A stretch of DNA of 64,000 nucleotides from Bacteroidota bacterium (GTDB lineage: Bacteria > Bacteroidota > Bacteroidia > 2-12-FULL-35-15). Shown here one piece after another: positions 49,330 to 59,409 of the stretch. The notes below the pieces were generated by a model, which saw nothing but the letters and a program-made list of their open reading frames with translations, made no database searches and was not told where the DNA came from. The stretch covers positions 13,163-77,162 of the forward strand of contig SXIH01000067.1 of assembly GCA_005772895.1 (NCBI GenBank), in the 5' to 3' direction. Made by a program: the position numbers and the translations under genes. The first letter of the stretch is position 1. Every line of letters starts with the position of its first letter.

Positions 49330-51681
49330 CTAAAACGTCATCACCAAAGACACAGAAGGCAAGAATGGCAACTGATCCACACGTTTATAACGCACTCTGT
49401 CGAAATAAAATACGTTTTTACGGCTGTAAACATTTGTAGCACCTACAGATGCTTCAAGTTTTGTGTTTTCAAAGAAAAGGAATGTGCGTTTTATGTTAAT
49501 ATCCAAGCGGTGGTACCAGGGCAATTCTTTTACTTGTCCTTCATCAAAGAAGTAATTCAAGTCTCCTTGGCTGCTAACATAATCAGTATTGATTCCTTGA
49601 GTAAAATTTTGGTCTTCATAAAAACCACCAGTAGGTTTGAAAGGGAAGCCAGAACCTAAATTCCAACGAACATCAAACTCCCAATTTCTGTTTTTACCGA
49701 ATATGTATGAACCAACAATGTTTGCATTGTGTCTTCTGTCGAAATGTGGACGATATGTTTCAAGTCCGTCCCAACGGTTTACAAAACCTAAAGAGTAAAC
49801 CACCCATAAATAAACACGTTTATAATCGTATTTTAAAACCACATCTATACCTTGTGCTTTTCCTGTTTCAATAATAAAATCCTTTTTTAATACATCAGGA
49901 ACTGAAGTTGTACTTTCATTGTCATCAAACATTTTGTTTGAATTCAAATTGGTTAATTGCTTGAAGTCTTTACGGTAAGCCTCAATGTTCAAATCCCAGT
50001 GTCGTGCTATATCAAATTCAAATCCTGCTACATAGTGATTTGCTTTTTGTAATTTATGTTTCACGTCTTTTATTTCTCCGTTTTCAGCAGTATATTCTTC
50101 AGGTAAGTTGTCGGGACCGGAAAGGAAGCCATAAAATAAATTCACAACATCTCTTTCTGAGCTGGCAGCAATTAGGTTTTGTGAATACATGCCGGCAGCG
50201 AATTTGAAACGTAAACGTGGAATAATGTTCCATTTTAAACCTATACGTGGTTCAGGAGAAAAGTTTGCCAAAGAAGCATAATACATTGCTCTGAAGCTAG
50301 GCTCCAATAATAATTTTTTCTTTTTGGAAACGAATTTATATTTTACATATCCGCCAATTTCAGTTGTGCTCTCAGCTTGTGAAATGTGACGATTAGAAGG
50401 GTTGTAGAAATCGAAATCCGTTCTGAAACCCAATACTTCCAAACCATAATTAATCTCATTTTTACCCATAAAGTAAGTAAAACCAACACCCATGTTGAAA
50501 CCTTTGATGGCGCTTGTTTTAAGTGAATCGCTTTGTGGCTTTAACTTGATTTTATATTGTGAATAAGCAAAGTTACCTGTAATTAAAATCGGAGAATTTT
50601 GTGGAACCAATAAAAAATTACCGCCACCACCATAAGAATCCCAGCTCATATCCTGAACCGATTTGTAACTTACTTTATCATTAAAATTAAATCCGAAAAG
50701 GTTTAATTTACTACCGTTGTTAGCATTGAAAGATACTTTTCCATAATAATCGTTAAAGCTGAAAGGTAGTCCAGCCGTATCTACATAACTATAAAACAAT
50801 TTTGAAGTAGTTGGTAAATAAGATGTTTTTGCTGAAAGAATAAAGGAAGCTGTTGCTTTTGAATCCTCTGTTTGTTTAATCAATGGACCTTCAGCTAAAA
50901 CTTTTGCTCCAAACGGACTAACAGCTATTTTACCTGCTACTCTGCGTTTGTTTCCATCTCGTGTTGTAATATCCATAATGGAAGAAATTCTGCCACCATA
51001 TTCAGCTCCAAATCCACCACTATATACATCCGCGTTACGGATAATATCGGCATCAAACACAGAAAACAGACCAATAGAGTGGAAGGGATTGTATACAATC
51101 ATACCATCTAATAAAACTTTGTTTTGTATAGGCGAACCACCTCTGATGTATAATTGTCCACCCTGGTCACCCGTAAAAATTACACCAGGTAATACCTGTA
51201 AGTATTGCGCTAAATCAGGCTCACCTCCAACTGAAGGGAGTTTTTTGATAGTGATTGGGTCAATTTTATTAACGGATACTTGTGTTTCGGTTTGTTTTGC
51301 TTCTTGTTCTGCGGAAATTTCAATTACTTTCAATTTTACATCCGACTTAGTGATGTATAATTTTTTGGTTAGAATTTCTCCGGCTTTTACAGTTACATTT
51401 TCCATCAAACTATCATAGCCCATAGAAGAAGCTATCATAATTGTATAGTTTCCCGCAGGAATTTGAGTGATAGAGAAGTATCCATTTACATCAGTAGCAT
51501 TTCCAATAGTTGTTCCTTTTAAAATAACGTTGGTAAACAAAACCGGTTCACCTGAATCTTTCAAATAAACAAATCCACGGATAGTTCCAACTTGAGCAAA
51601 AGCGCCTATTGAAAAAAGGATAAAAAACGCAAAAAATAATCTTTTAATAGTTAAAGTTGGGGTACTCATATTTTGTAGCAA
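49330..51681 (-). CDS. TonB-dependent receptor with N-terminal carboxypeptidase-regulatory-like domain
   Basis: 783 aa. Signal peptide. VGTIRGFVYLKDSGEPVLFTNVIL...DVNGYFSI (CarbopepD_reg). Plug and barrel ending ...SVSLVMTF. Confidence 0.8.
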   Translation of the reverse strand: MLQNMSTPTLTIKRLFFAFFILFSIGAFAQVGTIRGFVYLKDSGEPVLFTNVILKGTTIGNATDVNGYFSITQIPAGNYTIMIASSMGYDSLMENVTVKAGEILTKKLYITKSDVKLKVIEISAEQEAKQTETQVSVNKIDPITIKKLPSVGGEPDLAQYLQVLPGVIFTGDQGGQLYIRGGSPIQNKVLLDGMIVYNPFHSIGLFSVFDADIIRNADVYSGGFGAEYGGRISSIMDITTRDGNKRRVAGKIAVSPFGAKVLAEGPLIKQTEDSKATASFILSAKTSYLPTTSKLFYSYVDTAGLPFSFNDYYGKVSFNANNGSKLNLFGFNFNDKVSYKSVQDMSWDSYGGGGNFLLVPQNSPILITGNFAYSQYKIKLKPQSDSLKTSAIKGFNMGVGFTYFMGKNEINYGLEVLGFRTDFDFYNPSNRHISQAESTTEIGGYVKYKFVSKKKKLLLEPSFRAMYYASLANFSPEPRIGLKWNIIPRLRFKFAAGMYSQNLIAASSERDVVNLFYGFLSGPDNLPEEYTAENGEIKDVKHKLQKANHYVAGFEFDIARHWDLNIEAYRKDFKQLTNLNSNKMFDDNESTTSVPDVLKKDFIIETGKAQGIDVVLKYDYKRVYLWVVYSLGFVNRWDGLETYRPHFDRRHNANIVGSYIFGKNRNWEFDVRWNLGSGFPFKPTGGFYEDQNFTQGINTDYVSSQGDLNYFFDEGQVKELPWYHRLDINIKRTFLFFENTKLEASVGATNVYSRKNVFYFDRVRYKRVDQLPFLPSVSLVMTF

Positions 51682-51825
51682 TTTATTAAATAATACCTCT
51701 TTTTTAAGGTGTGTAAATGTAATAATTTATTGCATTAAAAAGGGGGTAATTTTCCAGAAAGCAATTTCTTACAGATAATCGGTGGTTTTTTGGGGATAAA
51801 TGGTATTTGTCGTTTAATAGCTTTG

Positions 51826-51890
51826 TTCTCGACTCCGCTCGAACTGACAGCAGAATGCTCTTGTATGTCATTTCGAGCGGAGTCGAGAAA
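51826..51890. repeat. Palindromic element: 17-bp inverted arms tctcgactccgctcgaa / ttcgagcggagtcgaga around a 28-nt loop
   Basis: Exact reverse-complementary arms at 51827-51843 and 51872-51888. Confidence 0.8.
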
Positions 51891-51935
51891 CGGCATCTCC
51901 TAGTTAATGGCTATTCTCTTTCTAATCAGTAGATC

Positions 51936-51969
51936 CCGTGTTGCGGCACGGTCCCGATAGCTATCGGGA
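51936..51969. repeat. Two adjacent short perfect palindromes (ccgtg-ttgcgg-cacgg; tcccgatag|ctatcggga)
   Basis: Read directly from sequence, in the leader of the TonB receptor gene at 49330-51681. Confidence 0.7.
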
Positions 51970-52016
51970 GACAGTTAGTTTTTGGAGGAATGTTTCGTAA
52001 AAATTTGGAGGTCTTG

Positions 52017-54395
52017 TTAAAACTCAATTTTATACCCAAAATATGGAAATAAGCCCAACTGATATTCTTGTTGAATTTTTTGGAGAACAGGATCGTAGGA
52101 TTCTCTTAAAATGTTTTTTGTGTCAAAAATATTTTCGACCACTAAAAAAATACTTTGAGAAGTTTTTTTACGATTGGTTTTATAAGAAACTTTAATATCG
52201 AATCGGGAATAATCTTTTAATTGTTTTGAAAATGCTTCTTCGTCAATATAAACCGCATCACCATATATTTTTGATTTTTCTATATCAATTGGAGTATATC
52301 TGTTTCCGCCTGCTTGTGTAAATTTTAAATCGATAGAAAATGCTTTGTTTTTATTTTTTCCTAATGTGAATTCATAACCAGCCAAAGCATTTAATACATA
52401 GCCGCCATCATAACTGGTGTGATGTTCAACACCATTGCTGCCTTTGTATTTTGATTCATAAACAGAAATTGTAGCGAGATAATAAAAATGTTTATTGAAA
52501 AATTTTTCGAAAGTAAATTCTACACCGATATTTTCTCCATCTCCTTTGTTCTCTAAACTATCCACCAATGGAATCCCTTCTAAAGCATTGCCGACATTAA
52601 TCATTGAGAATGAAGACTGATAATTTTTTTGAACTGGGACATTGTAAACATATTGATAATACCCTTCCAACTTTAAACGATAATCTTGTGCAAAATTAAA
52701 ATCGTAAGATAAAATCGCGTGTTGACTTTTAGATAAATCCAAATTACGATTGCTTATAAAATAACTGTCGGTTGCAGGAAGGTATGTTTCGTAAAAATAA
52801 TAAATGGTAGGTTGCATCTGGCTGTGCATTCCGTATCCTAAACTAATAGTCTGCTTTTTACTTACTTGAAAACGTAATCCTAAACGCGGCTCAATTGCAG
52901 AAGTGTTATTCAATAAAAAATTCTGATAATGTACTCCGCTGTTGATGGTGATTTTGTCTGTTGGCCTGAATTGCCAGTGCGCAAAGCCTTGCACTAAATT
53001 GGCTGTTGAGCTTTTTACATTTAAATCGTAAATGTATTTTGCATATTGATTGGAATAGGAAAACGATTCTGCATCAAAATAAATGGTTTGGTAAGTTGCT
53101 CCAATTTTAATTAAATGTTTTGCATTAATTTTTTTTGAAACTGTATAGTTGGCAATAAAATTTGCTTCGGTAGATTTGTTTTTTCTATCTAAAAAAGAAG
53201 ATTGATCAACAGGAGAAATGGTGTCAACAAAAGCATCCAAATCAGTTCCCGAAACCGATAAAGATAATTTTCCGGATGTTTTAGTATTGAAAAAATACAA
53301 ATGTGAAACGCCTGTTGCGCCCATGCTTGTTCCGAAAACCAAATCCTGTCCGCCAGTGATGTACGACCAGTCCGTTGATTTTCTGTCGCTGTCCAATAAA
53401 GTCAATTTACTTTTTCCTCCAATCCCCCAAAGTGTAAATATTCCTGCTTTTTTAGTTGGGACATTTACTTTATAAGAAATATCCTGGTATTCAGGACTGG
53501 CAGAAACGCCAAACCGAATTCCCAGTTTGTTAAACACTTCCAATGTGGAATAACGATAATTAATCAAATAAGAGCTTCCATTCTTTTTGGAGATTGGCCC
53601 TTCAGCACCCAACTCAATTCCGTTTATTCCTAATGAACCGGTATATTCATTTTGTTCGTTGTTTCCGTTTCTCAATTTAATATCAAAAACTGCAGCAGTT
53701 TTGTTTCCATACTCAGCAGGAAAAGCTCCGGTTAAAAAATCTGAGTTGCCTAAAATGTTATTGTTAAGCATGCTGATTGGTCCGCCCGTAGCGCCTTGTG
53801 CCGAAAAATGATTAGGGTTTGGAATATCAATTCCTTCCATTCTCCATAATACTCCTAGTGGAGAATTTCCCCTTACAATAATGTCGTTGCGTGCATCATT
53901 TCCAGAAGAAACACCTGCATAGTTGGCCACCATTTTACTTGGATCTCCTCTGCTTCCTGCATATCTTCCGGTTTCTTCCGCTAAAAAATTTCTGGATGAA
54001 ACGGTTACTAAATCGTTGTTCGCTTTTGTTTTATCTTTTTCTGCAACAATTTCTATTGCTTCGGAAGTGTATACTTTTTCTCTTAACTCAATTGTTAAAA
54101 CCACCTCTTTCCCGGATGTGACAATGATGTTGTTTATAAAAGTTTCTTCATAACCAATTGACGTCACTTTTAAAGCCCTTCTTCCAACCGGAATTTTATC
54201 CAACCTAAATTTCCCATCTACATCGGTTGTAGAACCTATTAAGGTGTCGCTGTTTAATAATATAACATTTGCACCAAATAAAATAGATTTGGAATCAGCA
54301 TCAATCACTTTTCCACGAATGGTTTGTGTATAGGTTTGCGCCTTTACAGAGATTAAAGAAAATAGAAGTATAACTAATAAGAGTGGTTTGTTCAC
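52017..54395 (-). CDS. TonB-dependent receptor with N-terminal carboxypeptidase-regulatory-like domain (paralogue of 49330-51681)
   Basis: 792 aa. IRGKVIDADSKSILFGANVILL...DVDGKFRL. Plug. C-terminal ...YFGYKIEF. Confidence 0.8.
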   Translation of the reverse strand: MNKPLLLVILLFSLISVKAQTYTQTIRGKVIDADSKSILFGANVILLNSDTLIGSTTDVDGKFRLDKIPVGRRALKVTSIGYEETFINNIIVTSGKEVVLTIELREKVYTSEAIEIVAEKDKTKANNDLVTVSSRNFLAEETGRYAGSRGDPSKMVANYAGVSSGNDARNDIIVRGNSPLGVLWRMEGIDIPNPNHFSAQGATGGPISMLNNNILGNSDFLTGAFPAEYGNKTAAVFDIKLRNGNNEQNEYTGSLGINGIELGAEGPISKKNGSSYLINYRYSTLEVFNKLGIRFGVSASPEYQDISYKVNVPTKKAGIFTLWGIGGKSKLTLLDSDRKSTDWSYITGGQDLVFGTSMGATGVSHLYFFNTKTSGKLSLSVSGTDLDAFVDTISPVDQSSFLDRKNKSTEANFIANYTVSKKINAKHLIKIGATYQTIYFDAESFSYSNQYAKYIYDLNVKSSTANLVQGFAHWQFRPTDKITINSGVHYQNFLLNNTSAIEPRLGLRFQVSKKQTISLGYGMHSQMQPTIYYFYETYLPATDSYFISNRNLDLSKSQHAILSYDFNFAQDYRLKLEGYYQYVYNVPVQKNYQSSFSMINVGNALEGIPLVDSLENKGDGENIGVEFTFEKFFNKHFYYLATISVYESKYKGSNGVEHHTSYDGGYVLNALAGYEFTLGKNKNKAFSIDLKFTQAGGNRYTPIDIEKSKIYGDAVYIDEEAFSKQLKDYSRFDIKVSYKTNRKKTSQSIFLVVENIFDTKNILRESYDPVLQKIQQEYQLGLFPYFGYKIEF

Positions 54396-54465
54396 ACTAC
54401 AAAAGTAGATTTTTAATTGAACATTTTCGAATTTCAGATTTCAAATTTCAGATTGTGCTGTCGTT

Positions 54466-54788
54466 ATTTCGTCCCTACGGGACTTTGTATTTGGGAGGGT
54501 AAATATTACTACCGATATTTAGTCCCTACGGGACGAAAAATTTTGCGATATAATCCCGTAGGGATTAAATATCGGTAAAAAAGAAAGGTTAGTACGATTT
54601 TAAAAGTGCCAATGGGACGAAAAATCTTGCGGTATAATCCCGTAGGGATGAGATATCGGTAAAAAAGAAAGGTTAATACGATTTTAAAAGTGCCAATGGG
54701 ACGAAAAATTTTTGCGATATAATCCCGTAGGGATTAAATATCGGTAGAAAACAATGACACGAAGTTTTTAAAGTCCCGTAGGGACGAT
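54466..54788. repeat. Tandem-repeat block: ~2.7 copies of an ~84-bp unit (54529-54614, 54615-54697, 54698-54760), each with an aatcccgtagggatt hairpin, bounded by 15-bp inverted repeats tcgtccctacgggac (54466-54480) and gtcccgtagggacga (54774-54788)
   Basis: Units are 90-95% identical to each other. Terminal IRs are exact reverse complements. Confidence 0.85.
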
Positions 54789-54809
54789 ATTATTTCCTAA
54801 TTTTACAAC

Positions 54810-55586
54810 ATGGAAAAACAACCATCCTTTTTCGGTCAATTCGGGCTCGCAATTAAAAGCTATGGAAAAGCTATTTCCTTTTTTTTTGAAAAAGGGTTGT
54901 GGATGTATTTTATATACACCATTGCAATTGGTTGTCTGTTAACTTTTGGAGGAATGCAATTGTTGCATGCTTTGGCAGATTGGATAAAAGAATGGGTGAT
55001 GTCCTATGTTAATGTGGATTCGGATGATGGTTTTTTTAGTTTTTTAGGTACTGCTCTGAATGTGTTGTTGGCAGTTGGGTTGAAGATTTTATTCTTTTTT
55101 GTTTTCTCTACTTTTAGTAAATACATTTTGCTCATTTTGATGTCGCCAATCATGGCTTTGATTTCAGAGAGAACAGAAGAAATAATAACAGGAAAGATTT
55201 ACCCTTTTCATTTTGGTCAATTTATAAAAGACATTGGACGAGGTGTTGTTATTGCATTGCGTAATATGTGTATAGAGTTTAGTTTTATTTTCCTTGGCTT
55301 TTTCATCATGTGGATTCCTGTTATTGGTTGGGCTTATGCATTGTTCCTGATCATTGTTTCCTATTATTTTTATGGATTTTCCATGATTGATTATGTAAGT
55401 GAAAGAAGAAAAATGGGAATTTCTCAAAGTACTTCTTATGTTCGTAAACACAAAGGTTTGGCAATAGGCAATGGTTTTATTTTTTCATTAATATTTGCAA
55501 TTCCATTCATTGGAGCGATAATAGCTGCTGTAATTGCTCCGGTGGCTGCTTGTATAGCTGTTATGGATGTTGACTCCCGAAAATAA
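54810..55586 (+). CDS. CysZ-like / EI24-family membrane protein (DUF540)
   Basis: 258 aa. Collinear with E. coli CysZ (SPIMALISERTEEIITG like AAPFNGLLAEQLEARLTG; C-terminal AACIAVMDV like GATAMWVDC). Confidence 0.6.
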   Translation: MEKQPSFFGQFGLAIKSYGKAISFFFEKGLWMYFIYTIAIGCLLTFGGMQLLHALADWIKEWVMSYVNVDSDDGFFSFLGTALNVLLAVGLKILFFFVFSTFSKYILLILMSPIMALISERTEEIITGKIYPFHFGQFIKDIGRGVVIALRNMCIEFSFIFLGFFIMWIPVIGWAYALFLIIVSYYFYGFSMIDYVSERRKMGISQSTSYVRKHKGLAIGNGFIFSLIFAIPFIGAIIAAVIAPVAACIAVMDVDSRK

Positions 55587-55589
55587 ATT

Positions 55590-56345
55590 ATGCAAAAAAT
55601 AAAAATATCTGTAGTTTCTTATTTGAATTCCAAACCTTTTATTGCTGGACTTAGTCAATCAGAAATAGTTGATAAAATAGATTTGCAATTGGACATTCCA
55701 TCCGTTTGCGCTCAAAAATTATTGGATGGAAAAGTGGATATTGGGTTGATTCCTGTGGCAGTGATTCCAAAATTGAAAGAAAAATATATTATCAGTAATT
55801 ATTGTATAGGTGCAGTTGGGAAAGTTGCTTCGGTAATGTTGTATAGTGAAGTTCCTTTGGAAAAAATCACTGAAGTTTTATTGGATTACCAATCCCGCAC
55901 ATCTGTTTCTTTAGTAAAAGTGTTGGCACAAAAATTTTGGAAAGTTTCACCAAAATGGATAGCAGCAAATGAAAATTTTGAAACCGAAATTAAAGAAACA
56001 ACTGCTGCAGTAATTATCGGAGACCGAACTTTTGGTTTAGAGAATAAGTATAAATTCAGTTACGATTTAGCAGAGGAATGGCAAAAATTTACCAGCTTGC
56101 CATTTGTTTTTGCCTGCTGGGTTTCCAACAAACAATTGCCCGAGACTTTCATTACTGAATTTAATGCTGCATTGAAAAGAGGCTTGAATAATCGCTCCGA
56201 ATTGATAATTGAGCTTCAAAAAAGCAATAAGTACGCAACAAATGTCGATACTTACCTCAATCAAAACATCGACTACGACTACGATTCAGCCAAAAAAGAA
56301 GGTTTGGAACTATTTTTGTCTTATCAGGCAAATCTTGAGCAATAA
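55590..56345 (+). CDS. mqnA: Chorismate dehydratase MqnA-family protein (futalosine-pathway menaquinone biosynthesis; VitK2_biosynth/SBP_bac_11 fold)
   Basis: N-terminus KISVVSYLNSKPFIAGL is typical of MqnA/MqnD. ~250 aa. Confidence 0.6.
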   Translation: MQKIKISVVSYLNSKPFIAGLSQSEIVDKIDLQLDIPSVCAQKLLDGKVDIGLIPVAVIPKLKEKYIISNYCIGAVGKVASVMLYSEVPLEKITEVLLDYQSRTSVSLVKVLAQKFWKVSPKWIAANENFETEIKETTAAVIIGDRTFGLENKYKFSYDLAEEWQKFTSLPFVFACWVSNKQLPETFITEFNAALKRGLNNRSELIIELQKSNKYATNVDTYLNQNIDYDYDSAKKEGLELFLSYQANLEQ

Positions 56346-56381
56346 TTTTTTATATTTACAATTCAAATCAAAAATTTTCAT

Positions 56382-58040
56382 ATGAAAAAGGTCATGTATT
56401 TGTTGGTGTTTTCTGTGTTCATTTTCGGAGCTATTTCTGCCCAGGAAAAAACAACAGAAAACAAAGAAAATAAACAGAATATTTTAGATAAAGGTGGTGA
56501 TGTTGCCAAAATGGTTCTTGCTGAACAGAAGTTTTATGCAATGGATTATAAAGGAGCTTTAGATATTTATAAAGATGTGTTGGCGAATAAACCGACTGAC
56601 GCGAATGTTATTTTCCACATAGCTGAATGTCATTATGAATTAAAGCAAATGAAAGAGGCCCGCGAAAATGCTGAAAAAGCAAAAAGTATTGACCCTAAAG
56701 CAAATGTTTATAATTCACTTTTATTAGGAAAGATTTATCAGTTGGAAGATATGAAAGACGAGGCTTTAGCTGAATTTAATGCATTTAAAGCGAATATAGG
56801 AAGTGCAAAAAAAATTACTGAAAGTGATGTTGACAGATATATTTTACAGGTGAATACAGCAAAAGAATTAATGGCTGCTCCAATTGATGTGAAAGTGGAA
56901 AATATGGGCGATGTAATTAACTCCGAATTTGAAGACAAAGCGCCAATGGTAAGTGCAGATGGAAAAACAATGATCTTTACTTCACAGCGTCCCGGAAAAT
57001 CAAGTGCAGTAAATCCTGATGATGGAATGTATTTTGAAGATATTTATATTTCACGTTGGGACACACTTAAAAAAATGTGGAGCGATGCTGAATTGATTCC
57101 GGGTTCATTGAATACGGAAGGACAAGATGCAGCTACCAGTATTTCTCCTGATGGAAAACAAATTTTTCTTTTCAAAAACGATATAGAAGCAGAATCAAGA
57201 GGTGGAGATATTTATGTTTCCCGTTTGAGTTCTTCCGGAAAATGGGGAGCGCCAAAATCTATGGGTAAACCAATCAACACTACTTATGCTGAATTAGGAG
57301 CTTGCAGTTCACCGGACGGAAAAACAATTTATTTTGTGAGTGAGCGTCAAGGTGGATTAGGAAATGCTGACATCTGGATGGTGAAACGCAAAACACGTAC
57401 TGAGTGGGAAAAACCTGTGAATCTTGGAGATGTTGTGAATACAGTGGAAGATGATGCCGGAATATTTTTAGCTCCTGATGGTAAAACATTGTTCTTTACT
57501 TCAAAAGGACATAATTCAATGGGTGGATATGATATGTTTAAAACAACTTTGGAAAATGGGAAATGGACAACTCCTGTGAATTTAGGATTTCCTATCAATA
57601 CTATTTACAATGATTTTTGTTTTAGTTTATCTATCGATGCTCAAACAGGATATTTCGCAAGTAACAGAAAGGGCGGCTTAGGAGGAAGAGATGTTTACAA
57701 AGTTGATTTAACAAACTATCCGGTTCTTGAAAAAGATATGAAGAAAAAAGTGGAAGGCGGACCGGTAATGGCAATTTTAAAAGGAGATATTTTTGATGCA
57801 ACTGCAGGAGCGGGAATGGAAGCAGAGTTGATTGTGTATGATGAAACGGGAGCGAAAGTTGGAAGCACTACTTCAAGTGAAGGCAGTGGTGAGTATTTCT
57901 TAACACTTTTAGCAGGGAAAACATATCAGGTAAAAATTGAAGTAAAAGGATTTAAACCTATTGATGAAAAGGTAGAGATTATTGCTGCTAAAGAAGGAGC
58001 AACTACTGTTGTAAAACATTATTTGTTGTATAAGAACTAG
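56382..58040 (+). CDS. Secreted TPR plus TolB-like (PD40 / WD40-like beta-propeller) repeat protein
   Basis: Signal peptide. N-terminal TPR-like helices. Repeated PD40 motifs (SADGKTMIFTSQRPG; SISPDGKQIFLF; CSSPDGKTIYFVSER; FLAPDGKTLFFTS). Confidence 0.6.
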   Translation: MKKVMYLLVFSVFIFGAISAQEKTTENKENKQNILDKGGDVAKMVLAEQKFYAMDYKGALDIYKDVLANKPTDANVIFHIAECHYELKQMKEARENAEKAKSIDPKANVYNSLLLGKIYQLEDMKDEALAEFNAFKANIGSAKKITESDVDRYILQVNTAKELMAAPIDVKVENMGDVINSEFEDKAPMVSADGKTMIFTSQRPGKSSAVNPDDGMYFEDIYISRWDTLKKMWSDAELIPGSLNTEGQDAATSISPDGKQIFLFKNDIEAESRGGDIYVSRLSSSGKWGAPKSMGKPINTTYAELGACSSPDGKTIYFVSERQGGLGNADIWMVKRKTRTEWEKPVNLGDVVNTVEDDAGIFLAPDGKTLFFTSKGHNSMGGYDMFKTTLENGKWTTPVNLGFPINTIYNDFCFSLSIDAQTGYFASNRKGGLGGRDVYKVDLTNYPVLEKDMKKKVEGGPVMAILKGDIFDATAGAGMEAELIVYDETGAKVGSTTSSEGSGEYFLTLLAGKTYQVKIEVKGFKPIDEKVEIIAAKEGATTVVKHYLLYKN

Positions 58041-58100
58041 CTCTTCGACTCAGACCGAAATGATAATATATGAAAAGCCATCACGAAAGTGTTGGCTTTT

Positions 58101-58901
58101 TTATTTTGTTAATTCAGAAAATAAGAATGATTTAAAATCAGGATGGAATTTATTAGGCAATCCATCATCTAATCGAGGAAAGATAAAGTCTGTTTTTAAT
58201 TCAGTTATTATTTTATCGACAGCATTAGGAATCCATCTCCGGTCATAATCGGATATTTTGTTTTTGGAACGAGCAACATTCATTTTAGAATTTATTTTTT
58301 GATATTCGTTTCTTCCATCATGTAAAACGTATACTCCTCCATTATTCTTTTTAACTTTTTTAGTAAAGTGGCTCACAAATTTTACCATCCCCTTAGGATT
58401 TACTTTATGATCGAAAAAGAAATCGGTGACAGGAAGTAATTGCATATTTTTTGATTCCCAAAAAGTAATATGCTTTTTAAAATAAGCTCCGTATCCTGGA
58501 CGAAAATATTCAACTTGATGGGTGTTGCTTTCCGTTGCTTCATAAATGGCATTGTTACAAGCATCAATATCCTCTGAAATGGTTTTCATCCGCTTAAAAA
58601 TAAATGGATCGCCTGCATGACCATGATTTCCTATGACGTGCCCATCTAAAAATATTTGTTTTACAATTCCAGGATGTTGCTTTACATTTTTTCCTATCAA
58701 ACAAAAAGCAGCTTTTACATTGTGTACTTTTAAAACAGAAAGTAAATCTAATGTGATGTTGTCTATGTGGTTGGGACCATCATCAAAGGTGAGTAAAACG
58801 GGTTTAAAACCTGAATTCCCTTTTAAATAAGGGCGAACGATAGAGTAGCGCTGAATAGGCAGAACAGAGGAGAAGGAACTTATGTTTTTTAAAACTCTCA
58901 T
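58101..58901 (-). CDS. Polysaccharide deacetylase (NodB-homology, CE4) family protein
   Basis: VLLTFDDGPNHIDNITLDLL... and ...HVIGNHGH: canonical NodB motifs 1 and 2. Confidence 0.8.
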   Translation of the reverse strand: MRVLKNISSFSSVLPIQRYSIVRPYLKGNSGFKPVLLTFDDGPNHIDNITLDLLSVLKVHNVKAAFCLIGKNVKQHPGIVKQIFLDGHVIGNHGHAGDPFIFKRMKTISEDIDACNNAIYEATESNTHQVEYFRPGYGAYFKKHITFWESKNMQLLPVTDFFFDHKVNPKGMVKFVSHFTKKVKKNNGGVYVLHDGRNEYQKINSKMNVARSKNKISDYDRRWIPNAVDKIITELKTDFIFPRLDDGLPNKFHPDFKSFLFSELTK

Positions 58902-59398
58902 TTTTTTCTAACTGCATAAATCCATTCGTCTAAAAATTCTCCGTTCTTGAAAAGTGTTTTTTCGAATTTTCCTTCCAATTTAAATCCTGCTTTTTCCAAA
59001 ACTCTTTGTGATGCTGCATTGGTTCCATAAGGGCGGGCATAAATGCGTGTGATGTCGAAATTTTTGAAACCGTATTCAACTATTTGAGGAATTGCTTTTG
59101 AAATAATTCCATTTCCCCAAAACGGCTCTGCCAGCCAATAACCTAATTCTGCATTTTTTCGTTGTACATCGTCTTGAGGATGGATTCCAATGCCTCCACA
59201 CGCTTCTCCATTTATGTCAATTGCAAAAATATTTGTTGGGTTATTTTTCGTAGCCTTTTCAATGAACATCTTTCCATGTTCGATAGTATATGGATGAGGA
59301 AATTTGTCAGTCAGGTTGTTAGCAATTTTTGGATTGTTTGCGTATTTAACAAAACTCTCTAAATCATTTATAGTAAAAGGGCGGAGGGTGAAATGCAT
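58898..59398 (-). CDS. GNAT-family N-acetyltransferase (RimJ/RimL-like)
   Basis: 166 aa. Acetyl-CoA-binding region GYWLAEPFWGNGIISKAIPQIVEYGF. Confidence 0.8.
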   Translation of the reverse strand: MHFTLRPFTINDLESFVKYANNPKIANNLTDKFPHPYTIEHGKMFIEKATKNNPTNIFAIDINGEACGGIGIHPQDDVQRKNAELGYWLAEPFWGNGIISKAIPQIVEYGFKNFDITRIYARPYGTNAASQRVLEKAGFKLEGKFEKTLFKNGEFLDEWIYAVRKK

Positions 59399-59409
59399 GT
59401 TGTGCTGGA

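Noticed and set aside
51682-52016. Cobalamin or TPP riboswitch in the TonB receptor leader
   Set aside because: No B12-box or TPP-binding consensus is recognisable. The structure is dominated by a dispersed palindromic repeat.
54529-54760. Possible CRISPR array (hairpin-containing repeats at regular spacing)
   Set aside because: The sequences between the hairpins are themselves ~90-95% identical, so these are tandem units, not unique spacers. The unit is ~84 bp, there are only about 3 copies, and there are no cas genes nearby.
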